Shown piece after piece: positions 22,518-34,715 of a stretch of 64,000 nt of DNA. Positions within the stretch are counted from its first letter, which is position 1; the number at the start of each line of letters is the position of its first letter. The DNA is from Catajapyx aquilonaris (lineage: Eukaryota), in contig JYFJ02000451.1 of the NCBI GenBank assembly GCA_000934665.2, positions 1 to 64,000 of the forward strand, read 5' to 3'. The notes under the pieces were generated by a model, which was not told the DNA's origin, did not search any database, and was given only the letters and a program-made list of their open reading frames with translations. The position numbers were made by a program, and so were the translations under genes.

Positions 22518-25500
22518 ATGAACCTGTCGTTCGCCGGGTGCGGCTTCCTGGGCATCTACCACGTCGGGGTGGCAGCCTGCTTCAAGAAGTACGCGCCGCA
22601 CCTCATCGTCAACAAGGTGTCCGGAGCATCAGCTGGAGCCATCGCGGCCTGCTTCCTTCTATGCGACGCACAGCTCGGTAAGGAACGCAATACACTGTAC
22701 TTGTAGGGACATGTACAGAGGGCTTTACTTCGGGACGAACGAACGTTATTGCGGCTTTGCCTCGGTCGTGTAGTATCAATATATAGTTGGTGCGGAAGTA
22801 AGTCATGAATAGCACCTGCCTGCTGGAAATGGGCTGTATTCAGTGGAGCGTGATACTGACAGCCAGGGCGTAGCCACTCCTTTCATTCAACAAATTTTTG
22901 GAACAAAAATTGTTGGAGCAGACCTGAAGCTCAAATTAGCCTCCAAGAGAGGCCTCATCACAACTCCATGAGGAGGAGGCTAATTGCAGCTACAGATCTG
23001 CTACCTTACTCATTTCCCTGTACTGTACTATATCGCTCAAAAATTATTTTGCATTTTTGGTTTCACTGCGTGTCTATCTTTTTGAGAGATATAGTGTACA
23101 TAGCAGACATTTTCCCATAACAGGGTGTTTCATAACTGATTGGTCTCTTCAAAAGCAATATTGCACAGTCCGTGAAGGTTGTTGTCTTTGGACTGGTGAC
23201 TGGGGCAGTGCACCGCCCTGTAGGTGCCATGTATAATCTGATTGTCGACAGTAAAATTCCACGGATTGGGAAATCCCATGGGCAGCTTGCGGTCATGTAC
23301 ATTGTACAGTACCCTACAGGCAGGATTATAAGCTTTTAAAAGGCCTGGCGACATGAGTCAGACAGAGGGGGCCAGGTCAAAACCGGGGCAGTGACTGAGT
23401 AACACCCACATGATTCAGGTCAGCTCGGGAATTTTTAACTGCGGGCTAAAATTTTTGGGAGAGAAAGAGACGAGAGAAAGGTCCCAGGCCAGCGCAATTG
23501 ATGCTGGTCAGCAGGGCGTGTAGAAAAAGTGCTTGGCGAAGGTTACGGGACAAGGACAGGCTTGTGCGGCAAGGCCCACCAAAAAAAAAATCCAATTCTC
23601 GTGTAGCGGTACTTACAGCAGCATCGCCAAGGATATTACGCACGTGTTGTTGTTTTGTGACGTCATGTAGGACCACAGTCTTTTTATCGCGTCATTGGCA
23701 TAAATATTGGCGATTTGTACTAGATGCTATGGACCTGCAATATGCAATTGCTGTAATGCATATATACCCTCGGGCGACACATGTTGTGCCATACCGGCAC
23801 GTGCAGGGAGGTTGCGCACAACTTCAATCTCACTGTCAGTAATTGCAGTATGTCAAAACATAATTTGCAAATCTCCCTTCGCCATTATTAAATCCCTCAC
23901 GTTTTTTTTTCAAGGACTGGCTGCTTGTAAATCCTGTACGTACTACACATATGTATGAAATACACATGAGCAATACAATGAATATTCTGATGACTAGCCA
24001 GGTCACTCAGAGGACAAAATTACGTAAAAAACCCACGAGTTTATTGCACTAAAAGACTAATGCGCATTGTCAAATTATGAGGTGATCAATCATTATTTTT
24101 TTTCGGCACGTGTAGACAATGCGGTAAGAGTAATTAGGCAATTTCCGGAGTGATTGGCTTTTTTGCGCTATTTTTGGCAAGGTGAGTTTGGTTATTTGCA
24201 AGTGACGTCACTTAATTTATGGGGGGGTTAATAAATTGCGACGTACACAGCACACACTTGGCATTTTCCTTTCAATCTCGAATCGCAAAAGTTTTGCGCT
24301 GGGAGGTCATCAAGTGGGGGGTCGCCTCGAAGGGTCATCGAGATCTGGACGCGTTCCAGGACGCATTCCTGGCCACGGATCAGCCACCTCGGGTTTCCAA
24401 CACAACATATGTAACATGGTCCATTCTTTCCATTGTCCCTGGTTGCGGTCAGCATCACAACAATAACATGGTTGCGTCACATTTGTGACCACATGGGTGG
24501 TCATCTCTGAACTTTTTATGGGCTTTAAAGGCGAGTTGGGTTAGGTAACTAGTAGGAGAGGTTGTGGCCTTTTGCAAAATAAGGCTGAGAGAAATGCCAG
24601 ACGAAAATACTGGTGGTAAATGTGGGAGTTGCAGCTGATGGCCTTGTCCAGCCAACTGGATTCGTCAGCACCAGGGCAGAAATTATTATCTTCACGGATT
24701 GGGGAGGCCTTGGAGGATTCGCTAGATGAATGTGCATCAATGCTTACTGTCAGATGCACTGCGCGTTTAATTACCTTGGGCAAATTGAGTTGTTTTGGGA
24801 AATGAAAATGTTTAGCAATTACCAGTTATTGTGTAGAAAGTACAGTATGTATACATTGGCACAACTACTGACTGCAGGATTCGATGAATGAAGTGTCCCT
24901 GAAAATGAATCTTCAATGTGCTCGGCAGTATCGTAACATCACTTTTTAACTATTGGATGTGAATATATTGGCTTTTGCATGTTTTCCTATATGTGGTGTG
25001 TGTTCTGCTGTTATCGCACCTGTTACAAAATTATCTGGAAGTTCATAGAACTTGCATGTCACTGGCCCCAAATCATCAGCGTATACAGCATATAATTATC
25101 TCGTCAAGGGTTGAACTGTAACTAATTCAAACCACGAAAACCTTAGTAATGTGAGAAGTGAGTTGTCAACGGCTGGTCAACTTGTAACTATTATACTAAA
25201 TAATGAGAGATAACTCATGCACAATCTAACAGTATGTACAATACACGCTTCACATTACTAGCTCTGTACATGATGCACCGCACTATGTAAAAACTAGCAG
25301 TAATAAGGTGGAAAATGTTTGTTAGTATGTGAAATGGCCTTGATAGTATGGGAACTACATATCTGGTTTGACAAAAGGTCTCCTGAGTTTTGATAAGAAG
25401 CTGTGTTGCCCGCAATTTTTGATGTTGAGGACTTAGCAAGGCTTTAACAAGCCGAGCCGCTTTGTAGGTTTGTGGCGCAAAATGTCCTGGGAGTAAAAGT

Positions 25501-28500
25501 AATGCGACTCAATATTGATGTGTAAAATAAACAGAAATTCTAGTGCATGTAGCCTGATAACTCAAAGTTTTGCTTATTGTGGATTCACAGGTCAGATCAC
25601 AAGTGATGTGCTCCGAGTGATTACGTTAGCAAGAGCAAAGACCTTGGGACCATTTAGCCCTTCTTTTAACATTCAGAGAGTTCTCCAGGAAGGTTTGATG
25701 AAGGTTGGTGGGAATCGCTTTGGTCTTCATTTATTATCACTTCACACTGGCATGCACCTAACATGTACATAGTATATGGCACTGTATATTTTGTGTAAAT
25801 AAGATAACAGGAAGATTACAAAGAGTTGCAGTGACCTTGTTGTAAAAATACAAGTATGCCATGTGTGTGGGATAAAAAAAGGGTGAGAACTCAGGGAAAA
25901 TAACCTACAGTTTTTTTGTTTTCCCTAATGTTCACAGAACCTGCCTGAAGATGCTCATCTTCGTGTGAACGGAAAGCTTCACATTTCCATGACCCGGGTG
26001 TACGACCACAAGAATGTCATCGTGTCACAGTTCAACAGCCGAGAAGATCTGATCCAGGTGAGGTGGACAGGTCAACACAGAAGTTGAACCCCCCTCCCCA
26101 CACAACTTTGTTGTAATCAGTTTTGTGATCCGTGTAATAAGTGCGGCATTGTTTGTTTGATAATGTCTCAAGAGGGAGGTAATGCTCCTCCCTAACCAGT
26201 TAGTCATGAAAGTTATCCTGGTTTTTGCAATAATCTCTTCTATCTGAGACCAGCTGATGACTCTGGACCCAGTGAGTCACTCAGTTACCCAAGGTTAGCT
26301 GCTGGCTGACCTTTTGCCAAGTGCACTGCAGTTCGGACAAAATTCTTGCTGAACATTTCATTTAACAAGTAATTCAGAAAAGTGCATGTGAAATTTTCAA
26401 TATGATTTAGTTCAGTGTAGAAATGAAATATTTTTTATGCCATCAGGCACTCCTGTGCTCAGCGTTCATCCCAATTTTCTCGGGGTTCTTTCCCCCGAGG
26501 TTCCACAACGTCCCTTACATGGACGGTGGCTTCACCAACAACCTGCCCTTGCTGGACGAGCACACTGTAACAGTTAGTGCTTTTTCGGGCGAATCAGACA
26601 TATGTCCGCTAGATGATTCCGACCACCAGTATTATGTAAGTCAAAATGCAGGCTTAGGGCATCTTTCTCAATCTGTATGCTGGTGTAGGCTTGACACTAA
26701 TTTATTTTCCCCCTCTCCTTCGTTGTTTCAATTTCTTGTTAACCCAATTATACTCAAAAGCATGCTTTTTCCCTTTTTTTTCTTTTCTGCATGCAGGCAC
26801 TTATGTGCAGTAGCTTCATTCCTTTCTTCTGCGGATGGTTGCCTCCAAGGTTCCGAGGCATCCGCTACATGGATGGGTGCTACAGTGACAACCTGCCCAT
26901 TCTTGATGAGAACACTATTACTGTCAGTCCTTTCTGTGGCGAGAGTGACATTTGCCCTCGTGATAGTGCCTCTAGTCTCCTACAGGTAACAAACTGTTTT
27001 CCTACTTTTTTGGCATCTTGCTGTGACACCTTAAGACTTGGTTTACTAATGACTAATGTACTCGTGGCATTCCATCTGAGCAATCAAATCTGTCCAACAA
27101 GTAGAGTGATTGAGTTATGTAATCTTAATTTGTACCATGCTAAGTTCAAGGCTCGAGATACTATTAAGAAGACCACCTTGGATCAATTCATTTCATCATA
27201 TGCCAGCAGCGAGTTTAGATAAATTTGAGTTGGACCATGTAAATTAACGTTATCAAGAGCTAATAACTGTTATTAGCTCTTGACGTTATTGAGCAAGAAA
27301 TTTGTTGCCAGGTTTGGACATGACCACTCTGAGAAAATGTGTACAGATCATGCTAATTTCATAATTTTTAACTTCCTGGTACAGATCAACTTGTGCAACA
27401 CCAGCATTGAAGTGTCGCATCAAAACCTCTACAGGTTTACCCGTATCCTGTGGCCGCCAAAACCGGAGGTAAGAACCGCTTTTTATCAGCTGTGGTGTGT
27501 TAATCAATTGACATATTATCGTTCATTTTGCCTGGGATGTTGTACGTAGGGTGGCGGGTCAAAACATGTGCCCTTCTCATTGGGGTGAGTTTCTTGTCAA
27601 GGTAGATAAAATTAGGATCTCTCTACACGTGTGGTGACTCAAATGTTACTGTACAGGGATACGGATTTTTAGCTGCTGCTATCTTGTTCCTGCTTGATAC
27701 AGCGCAACATTTTTCTAATTGCTACACATTGTGGCGTTAACCATTGTAGTACATGGCATGATTATGGAAAGTTGATTCAATCAGTTTGACCGATTTTGCA
27801 GCATGTTTTGTGAACAACTAGTGTGGAAATTGTTAGGAAATGTGGCATAATGACAATATAGCAGGTAAAATAACAGGGGAGAGAAAATCATAAGTTCCTT
27901 GTAGATTTAAGTACAGAAAGGATCACATTAAATTATTTATTACCAGAGGTGTGCTTGTATGTTTTCACAGCACATCCCATATTAGTTGAAGTGGGTTGCC
28001 AAAGGTGCATGATACGTGTGTGCGATTTAATAATATGTATTGTTTTATGCTAATGCAATATTTCGTGCATGCAGGTCCTGTCGAAGATGTGTCAGCAAGG
28101 ATTTGACGACGCCCTCCGCTTCCTTCACCGAAACAATCTCATCAACTGCACCCGTTGTTTGTCAGTCCAGTCCACCTACCGCCTCTCAGAGACGCTGGAT
28201 GATAGCATGGACTACGATCCAGATTGCACCGAATGCAAGCAGCAGAGGCAGGAAGCTCTGCTGGATGGCCTTCCAGAGACAGTGGTCAACTGCCTTCAAG
28301 ATGCCATCGAAGCAACCAACAAAGGATTGGTTAACTGGGTCTTCAAGCACAACACAGTCAAGCTGCTGTCCATCCTCTCACTTCCATGCATCGTGCCAGC
28401 AGACATCCTCTATGCAACCTTTCTTAAGTGAGTTGTATGCTTGTTTTTGACCTGTTGTGGTGCTTCATTATCTACTTTTTTGGCCTCATGAACAAGTAGA

Positions 28501-30396
28501 ATCAAAATCATTACTGAAAAAAATATAATTAGACATCAATAAGTTTCATTGCTGACGAGCGTCTTTTTCTTCAGGTTCCTAGAAGCTGCACCAAAGGTTC
28601 GAAAGAACATCCAGATCTTGGGTGAAGCCCTCGTTGAGTTCCTGGTCAACATTGTGTCGAAGGTGACTCCAGCCAAACTGTACTCTGCCAAGTTCACCTG
28701 CCAGCTCGCCATCACCGAGTATGGAGATGGTAAGCTACACCTTTTGTACTCTCTCATTTATACGTTACCGTTCAAAAAAGGGAGGCTTACTGTATTTGAA
28801 AACTGCAATGTCAGTAAGGGAAGGTATAGGAGTTTCATTCTCTACAGAGCAGCCTTTTGTGCTATCGTAATCTATCATGTGTACGGCCTTGGTTCAGGTG
28901 CACGTAATCTGGAGGAAAAGTACACTTCATTCCACTTCAATAAGACACAGAAATTCACTTACTCATCTTTAAGTGGATTTTAAGTTCAGCATGACAATAT
29001 GATTTAGAGGTGATGAGAAATATGACTTTGTTGTCCTTTGAATTTTGATCAGCCTCCGATTTTTATGCCAAGGTGCCGCAACATTTGCATTATGATAATG
29101 TACTGATCAGAATTAGTCAATTTGCTTCGTTCAGGTTTATGGTGAACTACCTCAAGGATTTTAAGTAATTTTTTTGATGTATTGCTTGTTACATTTGATT
29201 TACTGCATGATTTACAGCCAGATACGATGTTGAAGCAGTTAGGGAGCTTCCTCCTCGCCGCCGCCCATCTGTGATGAACAAGGTGAACTTTGGCTTCACG
29301 CTCAATCTGGACAACAGTGCGCCTGAGGCAGCTATGGAAAACGGCACCTGCGGAGAGGGAGACGACACCTTTGACCGCATCCTGGATGCCGCCACCAATC
29401 ATGACGCACTCATGGCTTACTATTACCTTGATGAAAACAATCAGGTAAAATAACCAGTATTTAGGGGGAAAAGTATTGTCAAATATCTCTCTCACCTGGT
29501 TACAAAACTTGCAATCTTATCAACCACACCTGATTACGCTCGTGGTGGGTGGTGATTGGAGACAATGGCCTCCTATCAGCTAATCTCTTCTTTTTTTTTC
29601 TACTGCAACATGGCTCGTTGGGTCCATGAACTCTGAAGAGAGATGTTTCATGCTCAATGAAGCTTCTTTATCTTAAATTATATGTTCCATCTGCCATGAG
29701 AATGAAGTCTTTATGGTTGTGGTAAAAAACAGTACAGATGATTGCATTGTTGTGGGAACTCAATTATGTTAGCTCTCAACTAATTCCAAGTGACTTCTCA
29801 TTACAGGTTAAGGTCACTCAGATCTACGATGTGACTGAGGCAGACACTTCAGCCGTCTTGAGTGCGGAGGAGAGAGCAGCAAATGCACAGCTTGAGTTTG
29901 ATGGTAACTGGCCAGGGCTGATCAAGAAGGCAGCCTCGCAATGGAGCCTTCAAAACTCCCTCCTGGATATGACGGGTTAGTTTTCTCTCTTGCGAGTAAA
30001 CCATGTCACTCGCATTAGCTTGTACATGTTCTAAATGCATTTGACAAGTATTCACCTCGAAACATTAATTTGCTTTTATCTTTCTCAGAAGGAGACGAAA
30101 TAGGCAAACCTCTGTATGGCCATTCGCCCCTCTCTTCGCTTGACCTTTCGGGAGACCACGATGGCGCCACCTTCTGCTCCGACCCTGAGAGCGAATGGAA
30201 CCATAGAGACATTCCAGAAGCTTTCGTCACCCCGATGCCTTCTTCAAACCCTACAAGCATTTCTGGCTTCCAATCTCCTGGATTCAGGAGCATAGGAAAC
30301 TGCAGCCCCGAGTCAGACCGGAATCAGATGTCCGATTCACCGAGTCCAATCCAGAGGAAAAATTCCTTCGTCATTTTTGAAGACGAACATTCCTAA
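22518..30396 (+). CDS. PNPLA2: Patatin-like triglyceride lipase, ATGL/brummer orthologue (~625 aa)
   Basis: Exons 22518-22677, 25591-25703, 25938-26057, [26447-26635 or 26797-26985], 27385-27468, 28075-28427, 28575-28729, 29218-29444, 29807-29975 and 30089-30396 (1878 nt with one exon-4 variant). Motifs: [17 protein letters not shown] oxyanion loop, GASAG nucleophile, MDG catalytic Asp, [19 protein letters not shown]. Confidence 0.95.
23028..23094. mobile_element. Short copy of the CTATATCGCTCAAAAA hairpin MITE
   Basis: CTATATCGCTCAAAAA...TTTTTGAGAGATATAG, the same termini as 10132-10232. Confidence 0.55.
26447..26635 (+). CDS. PNPLA2: PNPLA2 exon 4A (189 nt, DGG variant)
   Basis: CATCAG| acceptor and |GTAAGT donor, phase 0/0. 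Encodes [63 protein letters not shown]. Confidence 0.88.
26797..26985 (+). CDS. PNPLA2: PNPLA2 exon 4B (189 nt, DGC variant)
   Basis: Long pyrimidine tract with TGCAG| acceptor and |GTAACA donor, phase 0/0. Encodes [63 protein letters not shown]. Confidence 0.9.
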
Positions 30397-32074
30397 AGTT
30401 CAGACCAAAATTTCCTGTGTATCCTCCCCCCAAGTATTATCATGCAAGACTGCATCTGGACTGTCATCCATATTTAAATAATCGAGTCAAGTTTTAATTT
30501 TTGCCAAATATTCGTGGGACTGATTTCGCATCGCAGTAGTGTTTAACAGGTTGGGACCTTGTTCTTCCATTCAAAGCTGACAGGAATTTGTCGAATCTCT
30601 GGAAAAAAAAAAGTTGTACAGTGTTTTTTTCACCCAAGAAAACCACAGAATTCCTGTTGACTTTTGCAGCAATTTGCCAACATTCCTTTTATTTCTACCG
30701 AAGGCCATTTTTTGCACATATTTTTTTTTCTCCATTTGAATCACATAGTTGACAAATTGTGGCCACGTTGTACAGTATGTATATCGCTTGTACAGATTTT
30801 TGTTTCATCATTTTAACAAAAAGTGCAGATGTGATTGCTGCCAATTTGTAAAGATGTAAGGGAGAATTAAAGAGGTTTTAACATGTACCAATTTTTAAAT
30901 GACCTTGATCACATAAGCACCTATTTACATTGTATACTGTATATACATTAGAACTAAAAATTATGACCATGTACAGGGAATTCTAAGTTCTTGGATGTTG
31001 GAATATATTATTTTGGGTATCTGTGATAAATTTTGACAAGGGTAAACAGTGCTTCAGGTGGACTGCTTTCTGCCAAAATTATTTTGAAGTCTAATCAGGG
31101 TACAGTTGTAATACAATTTATCTAATTCTACTCAAGGAGCTGCCTGATGGTTGATCATGTATTAAATATTGGCATGCGTTTAACAAGAGCACTATGGTTT
31201 AAGTTGCATTTCCATAAGTAGGTTAATTAGTGAATGCAAATCGCATGATTCTGACGACTTGCACATTATAATCAACCTGTAACAAGTTGTCACCACTTAC
31301 TAACCCCTATGTAGGAAATTGCTGTGATAATCATGTTGATTTGGAAAGCGTCACATCAAGAAATTAATAATGACCATAGGGAATTCACGTAATAATCAAA
31401 AGGAGGGAAAAAAATCCAAGGTTAAAGGCAATGGATTTCTTAAAGTGAACTGCTGGGCCCGTGGCCCCGCCCCCAAACAAACTTCTCTCCTCCCTCCTCC
31501 CTCCTCCCCAACTTCTCCCCCCACCACTTTGGCACCATGACAACATGTATCCCTCCGCCAGAGGGACACCTTATTCCGATGGTGCTTATGCGCGCCGAAA
31601 AGAAGTGAAAAGAAGAGATTCGAACACCGTTTCCTTGGATTCGGAACAATGCCACGACAATGCTTCGAAATTACGCGGGCACGGATCCCGATGCTCTTTT
31701 GTCTCTCGCCTTGAAAGTAGTCCCCATGTGGCAAGGTTGCTGATTTTAATTTTTTTATTACGCTATTCTAAATAATGCTTTAGTGTTCATAAATTATGTC
31801 AGAACCAAATAATTGATATCGGCTTGATATCGGTCGAATTCCTTTTTAAAATACACCATCAATTACATTTATGTATTTTCACCTGACAACCTTACTGTGA
31901 CGCACGGTCGTACAAGCGACCCCATTGGTTCGCCCGGGGGGGCGTGTCTGTTCACTCTAAGAAATCCGTTGCCTTTACCAAATGATTCTACCATTCACAG
32001 ATGACCCCTTTATTGCCCAAAATTAACGTAGTAGACACTGCCACTGAGACAAGTGACTTGGCTGCTTTTAGACT

Positions 32075-32300
32075 TTTTCTCATCATCGAAAAAAAGTCTT
32101 ATAGAACGCCACTGTCAGTCCGTCTGTCTGTGGACAGGTATCGGGCCTCAAGCGCAAAAGATAGCAGCAATGATTTTCACATTCGGATTAAGTGTGACCC
32201 AAATAGGTGTCATAGTCAACTTCCAGTGACCTGCCACTTCCAGTTTTCCTCTATCCGCACAAGTCTACTTGAAAGAATGAGAAAAAGCCTATTCTAATCA
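32075..32300 (+). mobile_element. Possible DINE-1/HINE-like (Helentron-associated) element fragment
   Basis: Short (GTCY)n run GTCAGTCCGTCTGTCTGT near the 5' end after a T-rich site, a layout typical of such elements. Termini not resolved. Confidence 0.3.
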
Positions 32301-32449
32301 CGCTCACGTGATTTGCCAATCTTGTTTCCAAGTTACACCTTGTTTTGAGCCTTGCTAAATCTTGCGGCAAAGTGGCAATTGCTCAGAGGGCAGCCATTTT
32401 AGCGAAGGTTGCAAAAGGGGGAGCTACAATACTGATTACATTAGCACAT

Positions 32450-32706
32450 TAACCGAAGCAGTTTGGAGGAGGGGATATGGTGTCCGACTGCTAATCGGGA
32501 GGTCCGGGGATCAAATCCTCTGACTCTGACTGTGGTTTTCTGTGGTTTCCCATGGTCCTTCCAGGAAAATTCAGGAGTTGCTTCCGTAATTAATAGGCCA
32601 CAGCCGCTTCCTTCCGTCCCTATCCTATCTCAAAGAGCACAGAGTTCCAGGCAAAACAAACTTCCCCCCTACAGAGCCGATGGCTGATTAACGGGGTATG
32701 AATTAC
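32450..32706 (+). mobile_element. tRNA-derived SINE (second family) with 12-bp TSD
   Basis: tRNA-like head with a B-box-like GGATCAAATCC, followed by a GTGGTTTTCTGTGGTTTCCC...TAGGCCACAGCCGCTTCCTTCC body. ACATTAGCACAT is duplicated at 32438-32449 and 32707-32718. Confidence 0.8.
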
Positions 32707-33094
32707 ACATTAGCACATCGCAAATTGCACATACGTTTTATAGCTCTGAATCCATTTCCTTGCCTTTGTGATATTAGCAGAATTCCATATGTTCAATTTT
32801 ACTTTTCAGAATAATTTTTTACCAATGACAACATTTCTTTTTAAAAGCATGCCACATGATGAACCTTTCTATCCATCCTGAAATACCTAGCCATGTTACA
32901 AATTATCATACCCTGCCAGAAACATTCTTCAAAAATTACAAGAACTCTGGAACACCCTGTACTTCTCTCAATCTGAATAAAATTACTTAGCAATACAGCT
33001 ATGATCAAAAAATAATTATTAAACTGAGTCTCCCACTCCCCATGAACCCTTTTACCATGCAAATACTTGATCATGTATAAAAATATTGGAATAT

Positions 33095-34394
33095 TTAGTT
33101 AGACCACATGTACGAATAAATTTTCTGCCACTCTGGAATGCCATTTGCAAGTGGCCGGAAAATAATGCCCACAAGTGGAAGAATGTCGGATGTTCTCAGA
33201 AGAGCGTTTGTAAGCCTATTCTTTGTGTAGGTGTCATAGCATGGTGAGCGCAGCAAGTAAAATACAAGGCCCAGGGTTCGGCTGTTGATCTCCCTCCTCT
33301 CTTCCAGAGTCCACCTAGGGCTGCTGGCCTTTGACCTGAAGCGAGCTGATGTCAAGTCCATCCCCAGGCTTAGGAGCCATGGCTTCCATGATGCGGTACC
33401 ACAAGCCGCCATACACGACAAGTGCAACAATGGGCGCATTATGTGGATTAGCTGCCAAAACAAGGACCACGAGTCATCAGTCTCATTATGCTTGGTAATT
33501 ATTACACTTGTTCTCAATTACCTCAGCAGTTAAATCCTTTCCAAGAAGTGTGCCTCTGAGCTTGTAGACTGACTCTTGATCCTTCAAGAACTGTGCCGAA
33601 GGAAGTTTCCATGTCCGGCACGGAACTGGAACTCCAGCTTCCACCTTCCTCACCACCTTCCCCGAGCGTTTCAACGTAAAGACAAGGTCCGAGGGAGATG
33701 ACGGCTTTGGTGGACCCGATGGCTGTCCGTTCTGCTGTGGGGCATCCTGTCTCCTAGCTTCCTCCAACCTATCTTTGCCAAGAGGTGGAATTGGAGGCTT
33801 GGCCAAAAGGCCAGCCTTGTAGTACAGCAGTAGTGTCAGTCGTCCAACAGCCCTGCGCGATAAGAACATGTTAACTGTTGTAAAACTAACTGACAGGTGC
33901 AGAAACCTACTTCACAAGCTGTATAATCCAGACGGCAACCCATCTTCCCCGTTCACCCCACAATGAAGTTGCCATCACCTCAACGAAAGCCTCGGAATAC
34001 TCCAAGATGGTGAGCCATACTTTCATCCTAGACTTTCCGTCGGTGGGCAGAAGCTTCTTTGAGTTGCATATCACTTGGTCATGGAAGAACGCCAGCAGAT
34101 TCGACGTGCAGTACATCAACTCCGAATACACCGGTGATTTGGACTTGGACTGCACTGTACCAACAAAAGACCGTAATTAGCATCAAGAGTACATGTGCAT
34201 GTGTATGAGTATCTCCACAGCAGTTGAGCTGCATGTGTGCTGCACTGCACCGTACCTCCGATGAGGAACGAAACAAATTTGCAGGTGCTCTCCAGGTTCT
34301 GCGCGTACTCCGGATTCTTGCAGATCCATCGCCGGTACTGTTCGTAATACCTGCCGACGCCCGACGCCGAAGACGGACCCTCGAACGACGACAT
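33095..34394 (-). CDS. PEX16: Peroxisomal membrane biogenesis factor 16 (~356 aa, 4 exons)
   Basis: Exons 34394-34256, 34154-33911, 33852-33522 and 33451-33095 (1071 nt, in frame). PEX16 motifs: YRRWICKNP, SELMYCTSNLLAFFHD, WLTILEYSEAFVE, WGERGRW, PPIPPL, AELIHIMRPLLHL, SWKPWLLSL, YLLRSPCYD, WQKIYSYMW. Confidence 0.94.
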
Positions 34395-34715
34395 TTCAGA
34401 CAGGAAATCTCACGCCAATGACTGTGCGTGTGCGACTAAATTGCAAAACAAACAGCCATATTACTGCAGGCAGGTTTGACTACATCCTTCAGCACCTCCT
34501 GGCGGGCAATAGTCGAAGTGACTGCTCAAAACAAATCGTCATTGGCCATTCTGAGCAGAGTCCTTGCGCGGATCGGACGTTCTATTCATCTCGTGTCGTC
34601 TCCGGCTGCAATACCGCCGTACTCCAAGGGTGACAAGGGCCGGTGCCTGTTTAATTGAGGTGTACTGTACTGTCTTGCTGTGTTCGGTGCATCGCTGTAC
34701 GGACCGGGAGACCAG

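Noticed and set aside
29135..29160. Possible micro-exon in PNPLA2 intron 7 (TTCAG|GTTTATG|GTGAAC)
   Set aside because: 7 nt breaks the frame, and the longer version contains an in-frame stop.
31396..31775. GC-rich short ORFs between PNPLA2 and PEX16
   Set aside because: Low-complexity C runs, no recognisable domain and no convincing splice structure.
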